From: a virus
DNA: 64,000 bases
Strand: one strand, 5' to 3'
IMG/VR virus record: IMGVR_UViG_3300035703_000055
Location: 1-64,000 of that record
Shown: positions 8,812 to 17,367 of the stretch, one piece after another
Layout of the letters: the number at the start of each line of letters is the position of its first letter
Numbering within the stretch: the first letter of the stretch is position 1
The notes under the pieces: generated by a model
What the model saw: the letters and a program-made list of their open reading frames with translations, nothing else
Databases searched by the model: none
Told to the model about the DNA's origin: nothing
Made by a program: the position numbers and the translations under genes

Positions 8812-9220
8812 TTGATGCTCGTTCTTTCCGGCTGAAGGCCTGTTTGGGTAGCTCTGGTTGGGTTGAGATAAACGGCTTCCTCCCTCCAACGATCGCGTCA
8901 AGCTGCGCCTGGGCCAGCCCCGTCAACAGCGCCTTGTAGGGCGCCGGTAGCCTACACAGAAGAAGCAGGAGGTCGATGTCCCCTTGCTCAATCAGTGAGG
9001 CCATCTGCGGTTGTGCCGCAGTGGCCTTGCGGCCCTCCGTCCAGTCGAGCGTGAAGCTAAGTGCTGCCTCGACTGAGGGGGCTTTTGATTTTCCTGGGAA
9101 GCTGCGACCACTCTCCCAGTGACGAATTGCCTGCCCTGACACGCCAACCCTCTTTGCCAACTCCTGGACACTGATTCCAAGCTGCTCGCGGCGAGCTCGG
9201 ATTTGGTCCTTGATCTGCAT
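8747..9220 (-). CDS. XRE-family (CI-like) repressor
   Basis: IRARREQLGISVQELAKRVGVSGQAIRHWESG is an HTH_3 signature; GGGAG RBS; divergent from the replication genes; no S24 peptidase domain visible. Confidence 0.85.
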   Translation of the reverse strand: MQIKDQIRARREQLGISVQELAKRVGVSGQAIRHWESGRSFPGKSKAPSVEAALSFTLDWTEGRKATAAQPQMASLIEQGDIDLLLLLCRLPAPYKALLTGLAQAQLDAIVGGRKPFISTQPELPKQAFSRKERASNAVVQHSPKSEQRGRPRKKAA

Positions 9221-9434
9221 GTTCACTCCCGTGTGTTTGTTGTGCAGGAATTGCAAACATACAACATCAAGTTTTCGTTGGCAAGCGAAAGTTTTATCAG
9301 CGATCCGGCAACGCCAGTATGGGCGTGTACGAAGTTCCCGTACCGCCTACGGCGGGCGGAAAGCGCCCGCTATTGGCGCGTTTTCATGAAAGCCCCCATT
9401 GACGGCTGGCGCGGAGTGTGTCTCCGGCGGGACT

Positions 9435-9472
9435 CAACGGGGTGTTGTGGCGCAAACAGAATGTTGTAGAAT
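9435..9472 (+). promoter_or_regulatory. rightward promoter with tandem operators
   Basis: TTGTGG-16-TAGAAT (9467-9472); CAAC-GGGGT-GTTG at 9435-9447 and AAAC-AGAAT-GTTG at 9454-9466. Confidence 0.7.
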
Positions 9473-9484
9473 CTGCTCGTCCCC

Positions 9485-9591
9485 TTGGCGGGGGAGAAAA
9501 ACGAGTAAGCCCAAGCCGGAATCCTGCAGGTTACTCACCTGTCCGCCAACGCCAGTCCCCCACTGGTGAGGATTCCGACTTGGGCTTTTTT
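9485..9591 (+). ncRNA. C4/CI-like antisense RNA with upstream target boxes
   Basis: long stem 9507-9525/9569-9587 enclosing TTACTC and CCGCCAA, which are complementary to upstream GAGTAA (9503-9508) and TTGGCGG (9485-9491); followed by a U-run. Confidence 0.6.
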
Positions 9592-9621
9592 ACTTCCGGA
9601 CACCGGAAGGGAAAGCATTGA

Positions 9622-9825
9622 ATGAAGTTGCCTCAAGTTCACGAGACCGAGATCTATGTGAACGCAAACGGTCATCTGGTGATCAAGCAGGACCAGTACC
9701 CGGAAGAGCCTGTGCATGTGATTCTGCCAAAGACGTATGCCAAGGTCTTGGTCGACCAGATCCAGCTGATGCTCAGCAAGGATGAGCTCGCCGATTTTGT
9801 CTCCAGCGAAGAAGGGGGCGAGTGA
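9622..9825 (+). CDS. hypothetical protein
   Basis: 67 aa, first ORF of the rightward operon, overlapping the initiator start. Confidence 0.65.
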   Translation: MKLPQVHETEIYVNANGHLVIKQDQYPEEPVHVILPKTYAKVLVDQIQLMLSKDELADFVSSEEGGE

Positions 9826-10556
9826 TGGCACGCATTCGCTCAGTTAAGCCGGAGTTCTGGACCGACGAGAAAGTCGTTGAGTTATCGCCATTCGCCAGGC
9901 TGCTTTTCATCGGTCTATGGAACTTTGCCGACGACGACGGCCGGATGGTCTACAGCCCCAAGCGCATCAAGATGCAGGTACTTCCCGCGGATGACGTCGA
10001 TTGCTCGGGGTTGCTCGAGGAAATTCGGCGGGCCTCGTTGGTGAACATCTACGCCGTTGATGGCGTTGAGTATTTGCAGATCGGCGGCTTCTCAAAGCAC
10101 CAGAAAATCGACAAGCGATCGGCGTCGCGCCTGCCACCCCCGCCAAATTCCCCCGAATCCCCCCGAATCCCAACTACGGATCAAGGAAGGGATCAAGGAA
10201 GGGATCAAGGAGGGGAAAGGAAAGACACTCCCGTGTCCCCATCGACTCCCGTCGATGACCTGTTCGACAGTTTCTGGGCCGAGTACCCGAAGAAGGTTGG
10301 CAAGGACGACGCTCGCAAGGCCTGGAAGAAGCGCAAGGTTGGCAAGGACCTGGCCGAACAGATGATCGCCGCGGTCAAGGTGCAGCGCGCCAGCCAGCAA
10401 TGGGCCAAGGACGGCGGGCAGTACATCCCGAACCCTGCGACCTGGATCAACCAGGGCCGCTGGCAAGACGAGGTCTCTGCGGCGAAGGCGGCCGTGAGCA
10501 CCTTCGCGACCAAGAACTACAGCGAGGGCATCAACGATGACGGCACCTTCGACTGA
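9825..10556 (+). CDS. phage replication initiator (O-like)
   Basis: MARIRSVKPEFWTDEK N-domain; FDSFWAEYPKKVGK..YIPNPATWINQGRWQDE C-domain; internal iterons. Confidence 0.88.
   Translation: MARIRSVKPEFWTDEKVVELSPFARLLFIGLWNFADDDGRMVYSPKRIKMQVLPADDVDCSGLLEEIRRASLVNIYAVDGVEYLQIGGFSKHQKIDKRSASRLPPPPNSPESPRIPTTDQGRDQGRDQGGERKDTPVSPSTPVDDLFDSFWAEYPKKVGKDDARKAWKKRKVGKDLAEQMIAAVKVQRASQQWAKDGGQYIPNPATWINQGRWQDEVSAAKAAVSTFATKNYSEGINDDGTFD
10151..10211. repeat. iteron-like repeats, probable replication origin
   Basis: CCCCGAATCC x2 then GGATCAAGGA(AG) x3 with 12-bp period, in the linker of the initiator gene. Confidence 0.7.
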
Positions 10557-11385
10557 CTCGATGCAGAGCATTGGTGCGCTGATGGGGGCAAACCCTCCGA
10601 CCACGGCGCTGGGTTCTGCCGACAAGAACTGCGAGACCCACGGCGCCTATGTGTCGACGGGATACCGCCTGAATCTGACAAAGCCCGCCCGCGAGGTCTG
10701 GTCTGTCTGCCCGGGCTGCAAGGCCGAGTCCGATCGGGCGGCCAGCGAGAAGGCTGATGCCGATCGCCAGGCTGCGCTGAAGGCTCAGATCGAGGGCATG
10801 CTGGAGCAGACGGCCATTCCGCCGCGGTTCATTGGCAAGACCTTTGACAACTACCGTGCCGACAGTGAGGGCCAGGAGCGTGCGCTGCGCGTGTGCCGCG
10901 AGTACGCCGGCAACTTTGGCCGTCATCTGCGCACCGGTGGATCGCTGATCCTGTCTGGCCAACCCGGCACCGGCAAGAGCCACCTGGCTGGCGCTGTGCT
11001 CCAGGCCATCCTGCCCCAGCATGTTGGCGCCTACGTGACCCTGATGGACCTGATCCGCGCGTTGCGCGACACATGGCGCCGGGACAGTGCGATGACCGAG
11101 AGCCAGCTCTTGGCCAAGCTCGAGGCGATCCCGCTGCTGGTCATCGACGAGGTCGGCGTGCAGTACGGCACCGACGGCGAGCGCTCGATCATGTTCGACG
11201 TGCTGGACCGCCGTTACCGAAACATGCGGCCGTCGATCCTGATGACCAACCTGAGCAAAGACGAGTTCCGTGTGGCCATTGGCGACCGGGTGTTTGACCG
11301 CCTGACCGAGGTCGCTCGCTGGGTTCCCTTTGAGTGGGCCAGCTACCGGACTCAGGCCCGCAAGGAGATGCGTGATGCTGCGTGA
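10537..11385 (+). CDS. DnaC/IstB-like AAA+ helicase loader
   Basis: Zn-type C..H..CxxC motif, IPPRF..TFDNY, Walker A GQPGTGKS, Walker B LLVIDEVG, RVFDRL. Confidence 0.92.
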   Translation: MTAPSTDSMQSIGALMGANPPTTALGSADKNCETHGAYVSTGYRLNLTKPAREVWSVCPGCKAESDRAASEKADADRQAALKAQIEGMLEQTAIPPRFIGKTFDNYRADSEGQERALRVCREYAGNFGRHLRTGGSLILSGQPGTGKSHLAGAVLQAILPQHVGAYVTLMDLIRALRDTWRRDSAMTESQLLAKLEAIPLLVIDEVGVQYGTDGERSIMFDVLDRRYRNMRPSILMTNLSKDEFRVAIGDRVFDRLTEVARWVPFEWASYRTQARKEMRDAA

Positions 11386-11524
11386 CCACTGCAACGAAGA
11401 GGAGCTCGAGGCTCATCGCATTCTGGACCTGGTAAAGGCCGGATTTTATGTGCCTCAGTACCAGATTAAGCGAGCGCTGTTCGTCCTGGGCGACGGCGTT
11501 GGAATTGTTTCAAAGAAAGACTGA
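11375..11524 (+). CDS. small hypothetical protein
   Basis: 49 aa MLRDHCNEEE..; AAGGAG RBS. Confidence 0.5.
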   Translation: MLRDHCNEEELEAHRILDLVKAGFYVPQYQIKRALFVLGDGVGIVSKKD

Positions 11525-11525
11525 A

Positions 11526-11732
11526 ATGCAAGCTCATCAACTGCGAGTTGTTCAGGAGAAGACTGAACTCGACACAAAAATTCAGAGCCTCTCGAGCTTC
11601 ACCAAGCTCGACCTGTTCAAGACCGGCGTGGCTGAGGATGAAAAGCTACGCATGCTGCGTCAGCTGGCGATCATGCAGGCCTACAGCCAGATCTTGGGCG
11701 AGCGCATCGCTGCGTTTGGGGGTGCGGCATGA
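11526..11732 (+). CDS. conserved small coiled-coil phage protein (crAss001_48-like)
   Basis: HQLRVVQEKTELDTKI..QLAIMQAYSQILGERI pattern. Confidence 0.7.
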   Translation: MQAHQLRVVQEKTELDTKIQSLSSFTKLDLFKTGVAEDEKLRMLRQLAIMQAYSQILGERIAAFGGAA

Positions 11733-11911
11733 GCGGCGTAACTGTGGATGGCGTCAACTGGCTGCCCTTCCTTGTTGAGTTTGAGACACAAGAGGGAATC
11801 TTTCAGTTTGAGATCTTTGCCTTGGATTGGGCGCATGCCATGGACCGCCTGGAGGAGCTGAAAGCAACAGCAAGGGTGATTGGCGAAAAGAGCGGGAGGC
11901 TTCCAGCATGA
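11729..11911 (+). CDS. hypothetical protein
   Basis: 60 aa, ATGA coupled. Confidence 0.6.
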   Translation: MSGVTVDGVNWLPFLVEFETQEGIFQFEIFALDWAHAMDRLEELKATARVIGEKSGRLPA

Positions 11912-12267
11912 GCGCCGACCGAGAGCTACTGGAGCTGGCTGCGAAAGCAGCGGGTCTTGATGGGGAAACCCTATTCACCGAGCCAAGTGGATTCCCATAC
12001 ATTGCAACCGCTTCAGGTGTTTGGAGCCCCCTAAACAACGATGGCGATGCGCTTCGGCTAGCGGTGAAGCTGGGCATCAGCATCACGCCATACCCGATCT
12101 ACAACAGTGAAGAGCGGCACTCTGTCATTGCCAAGCAGCGCCGCCGGTCCGACACGCTGCGCGAGGCAAACCCCACCGAGGTACTCGAGCTGTACGGCGA
12201 TGATCCTGCTGCCGCATGGCGCCGGGCGATCGTGCGTTGCGCGGCCGAGATCGGAAGGGCGATGTAA
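11908..12267 (+). CDS. conserved phage protein
   Basis: DRELLELAAKAAG..WSPLNNDGDALRLAVKL..RRAIVRCAAEIG, a widespread phage family. Confidence 0.75.
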   Translation: MSADRELLELAAKAAGLDGETLFTEPSGFPYIATASGVWSPLNNDGDALRLAVKLGISITPYPIYNSEERHSVIAKQRRRSDTLREANPTEVLELYGDDPAAAWRRAIVRCAAEIGRAM

Positions 12268-12740
12268 TGGCTGAGCTGATCATGATTCGCCAGCCTGGCG
12301 GCGGCCTAATCCCGGCCACAGACGAAGACGCCGAATCGCTGCGCAAGATCAAGGCTGGCGCCGCGGTGCGCGTCGAGGTCAAGCAGATTCGGAATTACAA
12401 GTTCCTGCAGAAGTTCTTCTGCCTAGCCAAGTACGCGTTCGACATCTGGTCCGAGACCATTCCTCCGATGGAATACAAGGGCCAGCCAGTCAAGCCCGAC
12501 TTTGACCGGTTCCGGCGCGACCTGATCATCCTGACCGGCCGGTTCGACGCCACGTACAACGCCCGCGGCGAGGTGCGCCTTGAGGCGAAGTCGATCAGCT
12601 TTGCCAGCATGAGCGAAGACGACTTTGAAAAGCTGTACAGCGAGACCATCAACGTCATCCTGGCCAAGATCCTGGGCGGCACCCGCATGACCGAGGACCA
12701 GCTTCGCAATCATGTGGACAACGTGCTGGCCTACACGTAA
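12267..12740 (+). CDS. DUF1367-family protein
   Basis: RNYKFLQKFF..FDRFRRDLIIL.G..AKSISFASMSEDDFEKLY. Confidence 0.8.
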   Translation: MAELIMIRQPGGGLIPATDEDAESLRKIKAGAAVRVEVKQIRNYKFLQKFFCLAKYAFDIWSETIPPMEYKGQPVKPDFDRFRRDLIILTGRFDATYNARGEVRLEAKSISFASMSEDDFEKLYSETINVILAKILGGTRMTEDQLRNHVDNVLAYT

Positions 12741-12752
12741 TTTTTCGGGGTG

Positions 12753-12781
12753 CAACATTTTGTTGGCGGTTATGTTATAAA
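12753..12781 (+). promoter_or_regulatory. CAAC-N5-GTTG box plus extended -10
   Basis: CAAC-ATTTT-GTTG at 12753-12765, 10 nt upstream of TATAAA (TGn extended); intergenic. Confidence 0.6.
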
Positions 12782-12812
12782 CGCGCCGTCTGAAACAACC
12801 TGTTGCACCAAG

Positions 12813-13094
12813 ATGCTGAAAAATGAATTGATCAAGCGTGTGGCCTACGTGAGCGGCCGACCACAGGACGTGGTTCGAGGCGTGCTTGATGCCACCACGG
12901 CCGTCGTCCGCCGCGCCGTGTCCAAGGGCGAGAACGTCATGCTGTTCGGCCTGGGCGTCATCAAAATCGTCGAGCGCGGCGAGAAGCGCGCCCGCAATAT
13001 CCACACCGGCGAGACCGTGATCGTGCCTCCGCGCAAGGTCGTTGTGCTCAAGCCGAGCGATCCGCTGAACGAGGCCGCAAACGGGGGGAATTGA
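12813..13094 (+). CDS. HU/IHF-family DNA-binding protein
   Basis: KNELIKRVA..GENVMLFGLG..RARNIHTGETVIVPPRKVVVLKPS. Confidence 0.88.
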   Translation: MLKNELIKRVAYVSGRPQDVVRGVLDATTAVVRRAVSKGENVMLFGLGVIKIVERGEKRARNIHTGETVIVPPRKVVVLKPSDPLNEAANGGN

Positions 13095-13489
13095 TGTCCC
13101 CGGTTCCATCCGCCCGTCGCGTGCGGTCCAAGTACGGCGCGGTGAAGACGCAAATCAGCGGCATCACCTTCGACTCCAAGGCTGAGGCCCGCAGGTTCCT
13201 CGAGCTCAAGGCTCTTGAGGCCGCGGGTCAGATTGGCTGCCTGGAGCTGCAAAAGAAGTTCTTGCTTCTGCCATCAAAGCGCAACGCCGACGGCTACCTC
13301 GAGCGCGAGACAGCCTATGTGGCGGACTTTGTCTACATCGACAGCACCGGCGACACGGTTGTGGAAGACAGCAAGTCGTCCGCCACCATCACCCCCGAGT
13401 ACGTCATCAAGCGAAAGCTAATGCTGCACATCCACGGCGTGACCATCCGTGAGATCGGCGTCAAGCGAAAGAAGGGGGCCACCAAATGA
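13094..13489 (+). CDS. DUF1064-family endonuclease
   Basis: SKYGAVKT..GITFDSKAEARR..YVADFVY..VVEDSK..YVIKRKLM. Confidence 0.85.
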   Translation: MSPVPSARRVRSKYGAVKTQISGITFDSKAEARRFLELKALEAAGQIGCLELQKKFLLLPSKRNADGYLERETAYVADFVYIDSTGDTVVEDSKSSATITPEYVIKRKLMLHIHGVTIREIGVKRKKGATK

Positions 13490-13995
13490 GCGACCGTCCG
13501 TCAGTTCTCGAGCGCCTCGGCGTCGCCTACGGGTCCAGCGACCTGTCGTTTGACCCAAACCATCGCAATGACCTGGACTTCATCACGGCCGCTGGCATTG
13601 CCGCGTCACGTCACGGCAAGGTTGCCTCGCCGGTAATGCGCGTGCATTACGCCAACTCGCCGGCGGATCTGAACTCGGCCTTCCGGGCTGTCATCTCCCT
13701 GGTCCGCCGCTTCAATGCAAAGCGCAATTGGCGCCTCAATGGCAAGTCGATGCAGGTGGTGGCGCTGCACGCGCTGTCGCATCACATTGACCCTGTTTGC
13801 CCGCACTGCCACGGCAGAAAGTTTGAGCTGCTGGAGGGCACGCCCGCACTGTCGACAAAGGCTTGCCGCCATTGCCAAGGCACCGGTCGCCGGCAGATCC
13901 AGAAGAAACATCGCGAGCAGATCAGCCACGTCATCGCGGCCCTCGAGTCGATCGACGAAGTGACCGAGCGCGCTGTGGCGCGTCTCGTGCGGTAA
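13486..13995 (+). CDS. Q-like antiterminator / Zn-finger regulator
   Basis: paired CPHCHG and CRHCQGTG motifs; position at the end of the replication/nin block. Confidence 0.6.
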   Translation: MSDRPSVLERLGVAYGSSDLSFDPNHRNDLDFITAAGIAASRHGKVASPVMRVHYANSPADLNSAFRAVISLVRRFNAKRNWRLNGKSMQVVALHALSHHIDPVCPHCHGRKFELLEGTPALSTKACRHCQGTGRRQIQKKHREQISHVIAALESIDEVTERAVARLVR

Positions 13996-14003
13996 GGGGT
14001 TGC

Positions 14004-14459
14004 ATGACAACAGTGGCGTACAGCAGGAAGTTCGGCGTAATGGCCGCAGACAAGATGGTCCGCGAGGGCGGTCTTAAGACGGGAGTCACAACAAAGATCT
14101 TCAAGCGAAAGGGGCACCTGATCGGCTTTTCGGGTCGCCAGGATGTGGCAATGCTCGTGCTGAAGTGGTTTGAGGATGGCGCCAAGGAAGAAGATTGGCC
14201 GAATCCATTTGATGACGATGAAATCGATACCTCGATCCTCGTTGTCACCCCGAAAGGCGACGTGCTCTGCTATGAGCGCTACCCGTACCCCATTGTCATG
14301 GAGAACGAGTTTCATGCCATCGGGTCGGGTCGAGACTTCGCGATCGCGGCAATGCACCTTGGTTTCACGCCAGAGCGCGCAGTTGAGATCGCCTCTGAGC
14401 TCGATGCCTCCACCGGTAGTGGGATTGACGTCTTATGCTTGGACGAAAAAGCGAACTGA
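14004..14459 (+). CDS. HslV/proteasome-beta-like Ntn hydrolase
   Basis: N-terminal MTTVA, AAD, KIF, AIGSGRDFAIAAM, AVEIA..D..TG motifs. Confidence 0.75.
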   Translation: MTTVAYSRKFGVMAADKMVREGGLKTGVTTKIFKRKGHLIGFSGRQDVAMLVLKWFEDGAKEEDWPNPFDDDEIDTSILVVTPKGDVLCYERYPYPIVMENEFHAIGSGRDFAIAAMHLGFTPERAVEIASELDASTGSGIDVLCLDEKAN

Positions 14460-14941
14460 AGCGATCAGGCTTCAAGCGCCAGACCATCGAGCGCAAGCCG
14501 ATCGTCTATGCGCCCATCCCTGAGCACTTGCGCAAGCGTGTGAGCACCGGGCCGGCTGAGCTCAAAGCCTTGCCCAAGACCGAGCGCGAAGAGAATGCGC
14601 ACTACCGGGCCATGGCGCGCGACAAGGACTGTCAGCTACTCATCCCAGGGGTGTGCAATTTCGATCGCTCCACGGTCGTCCTGGCGCACAGCAACTGGCA
14701 CGACAAGGGTGCCGGCCGGAAGGCGTCGGATTTCTGGGGGGTCTGGGGTTGTTACAGCTGCCACGCCTGGCTGGACCAGGGCGGCGCGCCAGGCTCCGTG
14801 AAGCAGGTGCATTTTGCGTTTGGCCTGAAGCGCATGAAGGGCGAGCTGCAAAAGATTGTCGACGATCCAGCCCAGAAGCAGCGCGACCGTGAAGCCGCGC
14901 AGTGGGCGCTAGACAGACTTGGGGTTGTAGCCGGCCAGTAG
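14435..14941 (+). CDS. YbcO/DUF1364-like putative nuclease
   Basis: ARDKDCQLLIPGVCN..TVVLAHSN..KASD..GCYSCHAWLD. Confidence 0.8.
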   Translation: MLGRKSELKRSGFKRQTIERKPIVYAPIPEHLRKRVSTGPAELKALPKTEREENAHYRAMARDKDCQLLIPGVCNFDRSTVVLAHSNWHDKGAGRKASDFWGVWGCYSCHAWLDQGGAPGSVKQVHFAFGLKRMKGELQKIVDDPAQKQRDREAAQWALDRLGVVAGQ

Positions 14942-15175
14942 CTTGTAGACCAGCTGGCTCGGGTGGATGCTTTCGTGCAGGTACACATATGCATCTGAGC
15001 CAACCTGCCGCAGCAAGTAGTGGTGATTCTTGCATTCAAGTGTGGTCGGAACTTCGTCCCACGGATTGAGCTCGGGCAGTCTTGGCATTTCTCGAATTAT
15101 GCGAACAGGGTCAAGCTGCATGAATGCCTCACGTCGTCCGTCAGCCGGCCCGCCGACAAATAGGGCTGACATCAT
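14909..15175 (-). CDS. hypothetical protein
   Basis: LFVGGPADG motif; last gene of the leftward cluster. Confidence 0.65.
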   Translation of the reverse strand: MMSALFVGGPADGRREAFMQLDPVRIIREMPRLPELNPWDEVPTTLECKNHHYLLRQVGSDAYVYLHESIHPSQLVYKLLAGYNPKSV

Positions 15176-15372
15176 GGCTTGTCCTTAAAAGTTGGCAGAG
15201 GCGCCCAGTGCGTCCACCCCTGGCCTTTGACAAAGTTTCCGTACACGGCAACTCCCATGCGCTCATTGATGAGTTGCAGCTTGCCGCTGGGTGGCGCTAT
15301 TTCTGTGACGGCAATCCAGTGGTAGCCGGTGTCGACCACGGCGGCGCCGTCAGATGTTTTCTTGATGCTCAT
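15172..15372 (-). CDS. DUF551-like small protein
   Basis: WI.V.E..P..THWAPLP motif. Confidence 0.65.
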   Translation of the reverse strand: MSIKKTSDGAAVVDTGYHWIAVTEIAPPSGKLQLINERMGVAVYGNFVKGQGWTHWAPLPTFKDKP

Positions 15373-15568
15373 TTTTTACTCGGTCCTTGTACTTGTTGAA
15401 GCGCCATGAGGTGGCATCGGTTTCGATGCGCAACCACACGGCCTCTTTCTCTTCTGATGTCATCTCTGTCCAGCGGGCCACCTCAAGGTAGTGGCGGCCG
15501 CAGCCGGAGCAGATGTCTTTGTAGAGCACATCGCAAACTGCGATGCATGGGCTGTCCGGTCGGGTCAT
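15350..15568 (-). CDS. DUF1289-family Cys-rich protein
   Basis: SPCIAVC..ICSGCGR..EVARW..M...EK..VW. Confidence 0.8.
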   Translation of the reverse strand: MTRPDSPCIAVCDVLYKDICSGCGRHYLEVARWTEMTSEEKEAVWLRIETDATSWRFNKYKDRVKNEHQENI

Positions 15569-15798
15569 TTTCTTGCCTTTTCTTTTGCGGCCTCGTACTT
15601 CTTCAGCCACTTATCGAACTCTGGCCACACGGGGTCGTTCTCGTCGGCCGGGTCGTACGGCAAATTGCCGGCAGAGTCGTACGAGAACGATGGCCCGCAG
15701 TAGGTGTGATAGTCGACCCACACGTAGCGATTGCCGACGTGCAGGCGACCCCATGGGTTGGTGCAGATGATGCCGCCGGGGATGCGTGTGCAGGTCAT
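15565..15798 (-). CDS. hypothetical protein
   Basis: MTCTRIPGGIIC..YHTYCGP; coupled to neighbours. Confidence 0.6.
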   Translation of the reverse strand: MTCTRIPGGIICTNPWGRLHVGNRYVWVDYHTYCGPSFSYDSAGNLPYDPADENDPVWPEFDKWLKKYEAAKEKARK

Positions 15799-16007
15799 GA
15801 AACCGCCCTGACGGCTTCGTGCCACATTGAGCCAATGAAGATGGCCAGCAGGATTGCCGCGCCCAGTGCCAGCCTGCCGATGAGCAGAAACGGGATGCTG
15901 GGCTGGTCTTGGTCGAGCCTCTCCTTAGCGCAGCGGATTCGCTCAATGCGAACAGGGCAGTCTCTGCCTTGCCGGCAGTTGCCGTAGTCATCGCAGCAAT
16001 TGCTCAT
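15795..16007 (-). CDS. small Cys-rich membrane-anchored protein
   Basis: CCDDYGNCRQGRDCPVR motif plus a C-terminal TM segment. Confidence 0.6.
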   Translation of the reverse strand: MSNCCDDYGNCRQGRDCPVRIERIRCAKERLDQDQPSIPFLLIGRLALGAAILLAIFIGSMWHEAVRAVS

Positions 16008-16396
16008 GGCAGGCTCCTGCTCATGGCGCCCTTGACCCCGCCGAGTTCCTTGCGCGCAGCCTTGCGGCGCTGAATCAGCAGGTGAACCTCGTAGCAATGG
16101 CAGCACTCTGCGCCGTGCTCATCGTTGGTGATCGCCTCCCAGACGGCATCGCCGTCTTCGCAGATCTCCGGCTGATACCAGCGCCAGATGTGCATCCGCT
16201 TGTCGCGGTTCTTCGTGTCAAAGTGATCCGGGTGGTCTTCACGCTGGAGGCCAAACGGGGTCTGCTTCAAAGCACGCGAACCGTTAATCCCTTGGCAGAG
16301 CTCAAGCCGTTCGCCAATACGGTGCGTGTAGTCCTTGAGGTCGCGGTTCAGGCGCGCATAGCGCTGCACCAGCTCGAGGGCTTTGTCTGGCGTCAT
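16004..16396 (-). CDS. hypothetical protein
   Basis: MTPDKALELV start, GGAGG RBS, coupled to neighbours. Confidence 0.6.
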   Translation of the reverse strand: MTPDKALELVQRYARLNRDLKDYTHRIGERLELCQGINGSRALKQTPFGLQREDHPDHFDTKNRDKRMHIWRWYQPEICEDGDAVWEAITNDEHGAECCHCYEVHLLIQRRKAARKELGGVKGAMSRSLP

Positions 16397-16569
16397 GCAG
16401 CCTCCAGGCGTTCCTTGGCCTTGACGACGCACTCATTGCAGATGTGCTTGTCGATGCCGTTGCTTATCATGTGCCGGACCTGGCTCTCGGCCTTGCCGCA
16501 GAACGAGCACTTGGTCTCCTGCTTTGGCTTCTCGGGTGGCGCGTCGAATGGGATGATGTTGTCGGTCAT
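16393..16569 (-). CDS. stand-alone ClpX C4-type zinc-finger protein (58 aa)
   Basis: hand translation MTDNIIPFDAPPEKPKQETKCSFCGKAESQVRHMISNGIDKHICNECVVKAKERLEAA; ATGA coupled at both ends; below the ORF-track cutoff. Confidence 0.8.
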   Translation of the reverse strand: MTDNIIPFDAPPEKPKQETKCSFCGKAESQVRHMISNGIDKHICNECVVKAKERLEAA

Positions 16570-16943
16570 GCGGCCTCTTTTTCGGTGATGAATGACAGAT
16601 CAAACCCGCGTGCAAAGAAGCCGTACTTCTTCTCAATCGCCGCCTCAATCTCTTTCTTGATGGTGCTGGCGCGCTTGGTCTTCTCGGTGTAGAGCGAGTA
16701 CGTGACGCGAGTTCCCCAAACGGTTTCGTTGGCATGCAGGCTGATGCTTGGCTTGTCCAGGCATGTGTCCCAGTCGCACTTCTCCTTGCGGATCGAGGTG
16801 AAGCGGTAGTCGTTGATGGCGATGTACTTGTCGTTCTCGCCGATGACGTCGAATGCCGTGACCTCAAACTTCTTGTCTCGCCCGATGATCCCGGGGTTTG
16901 CTGGGTCAGTGACTTCGACGCGGTAGTGGTTGATCTTCTTCAT
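16566..16943 (-). CDS. hypothetical protein
   Basis: MKKINHYRV start; GAGGAG RBS. Confidence 0.65.
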   Translation of the reverse strand: MKKINHYRVEVTDPANPGIIGRDKKFEVTAFDVIGENDKYIAINDYRFTSIRKEKCDWDTCLDKPSISLHANETVWGTRVTYSLYTEKTKRASTIKKEIEAAIEKKYGFFARGFDLSFITEKEAA

Positions 16944-17179
16944 GGCTTGGGCTCCTCGGCCAGGCCTTGCCACATCTTGGTTTGGACGGCGAACTCGAAC
17001 TCGGGGTTGGCGGCGGCCTCATCCACAGTGCGGTGAGTGCAACCCCAGATGCGATCGGTCGCATCAAAGTAGCTGCAACCAAACGGGCCAAGGTTGCCGT
17101 CCTCATCAATCTGCTGGGTCGCGTAAACGCCCGAGCGCACCGGGAGAATGCTTGCTGGAAATACGGGTGTGAGTTTCAT
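16940..17179 (-). CDS. hypothetical protein
   Basis: F....PVRSGVY..W.GL motif; coupled to neighbours. Confidence 0.65.
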   Translation of the reverse strand: MKLTPVFPASILPVRSGVYATQQIDEDGNLGPFGCSYFDATDRIWGCTHRTVDEAAANPEFEFAVQTKMWQGLAEEPKP

Positions 17180-17367
17180 TTGCGTGCCTTCTTTCTGTAG
17201 GCGGTTTCGATGGTGTCGCGCAGCCAGACGGAGATGCCGCAGTTGGCGGCCAGCTCATCCAGCATCTGCTTGTGCAGTGGCGTGACGACGGCGTTGATGC
17301 GCTCGGTACAGCCGGCCGCGCCATCAAGTGCGGGGCGGCCTGGCGATCGCTTCTTTTCTGTCTTCAT
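17176..17367 (-). CDS. small DNA-binding protein (AT-hook-like + RHH-like)
   Basis: KRSPGRPA..ISVWLRDTIE. Confidence 0.55.
   Translation of the reverse strand: MKTEKKRSPGRPALDGAAGCTERINAVVTPLHKQMLDELAANCGISVWLRDTIETAYRKKARK

Noticed and set aside
9260-9621. cro-like gene opposite the repressor
   Set aside because: The ORFs here (9203-9469, 9418-9621) have no HTH and overlap promoter and RNA structure
10151-10211. Short direct repeats as a possible CRISPR array
   Set aside because: Tandem with no spacers and inside the initiator gene; these are iteron-like
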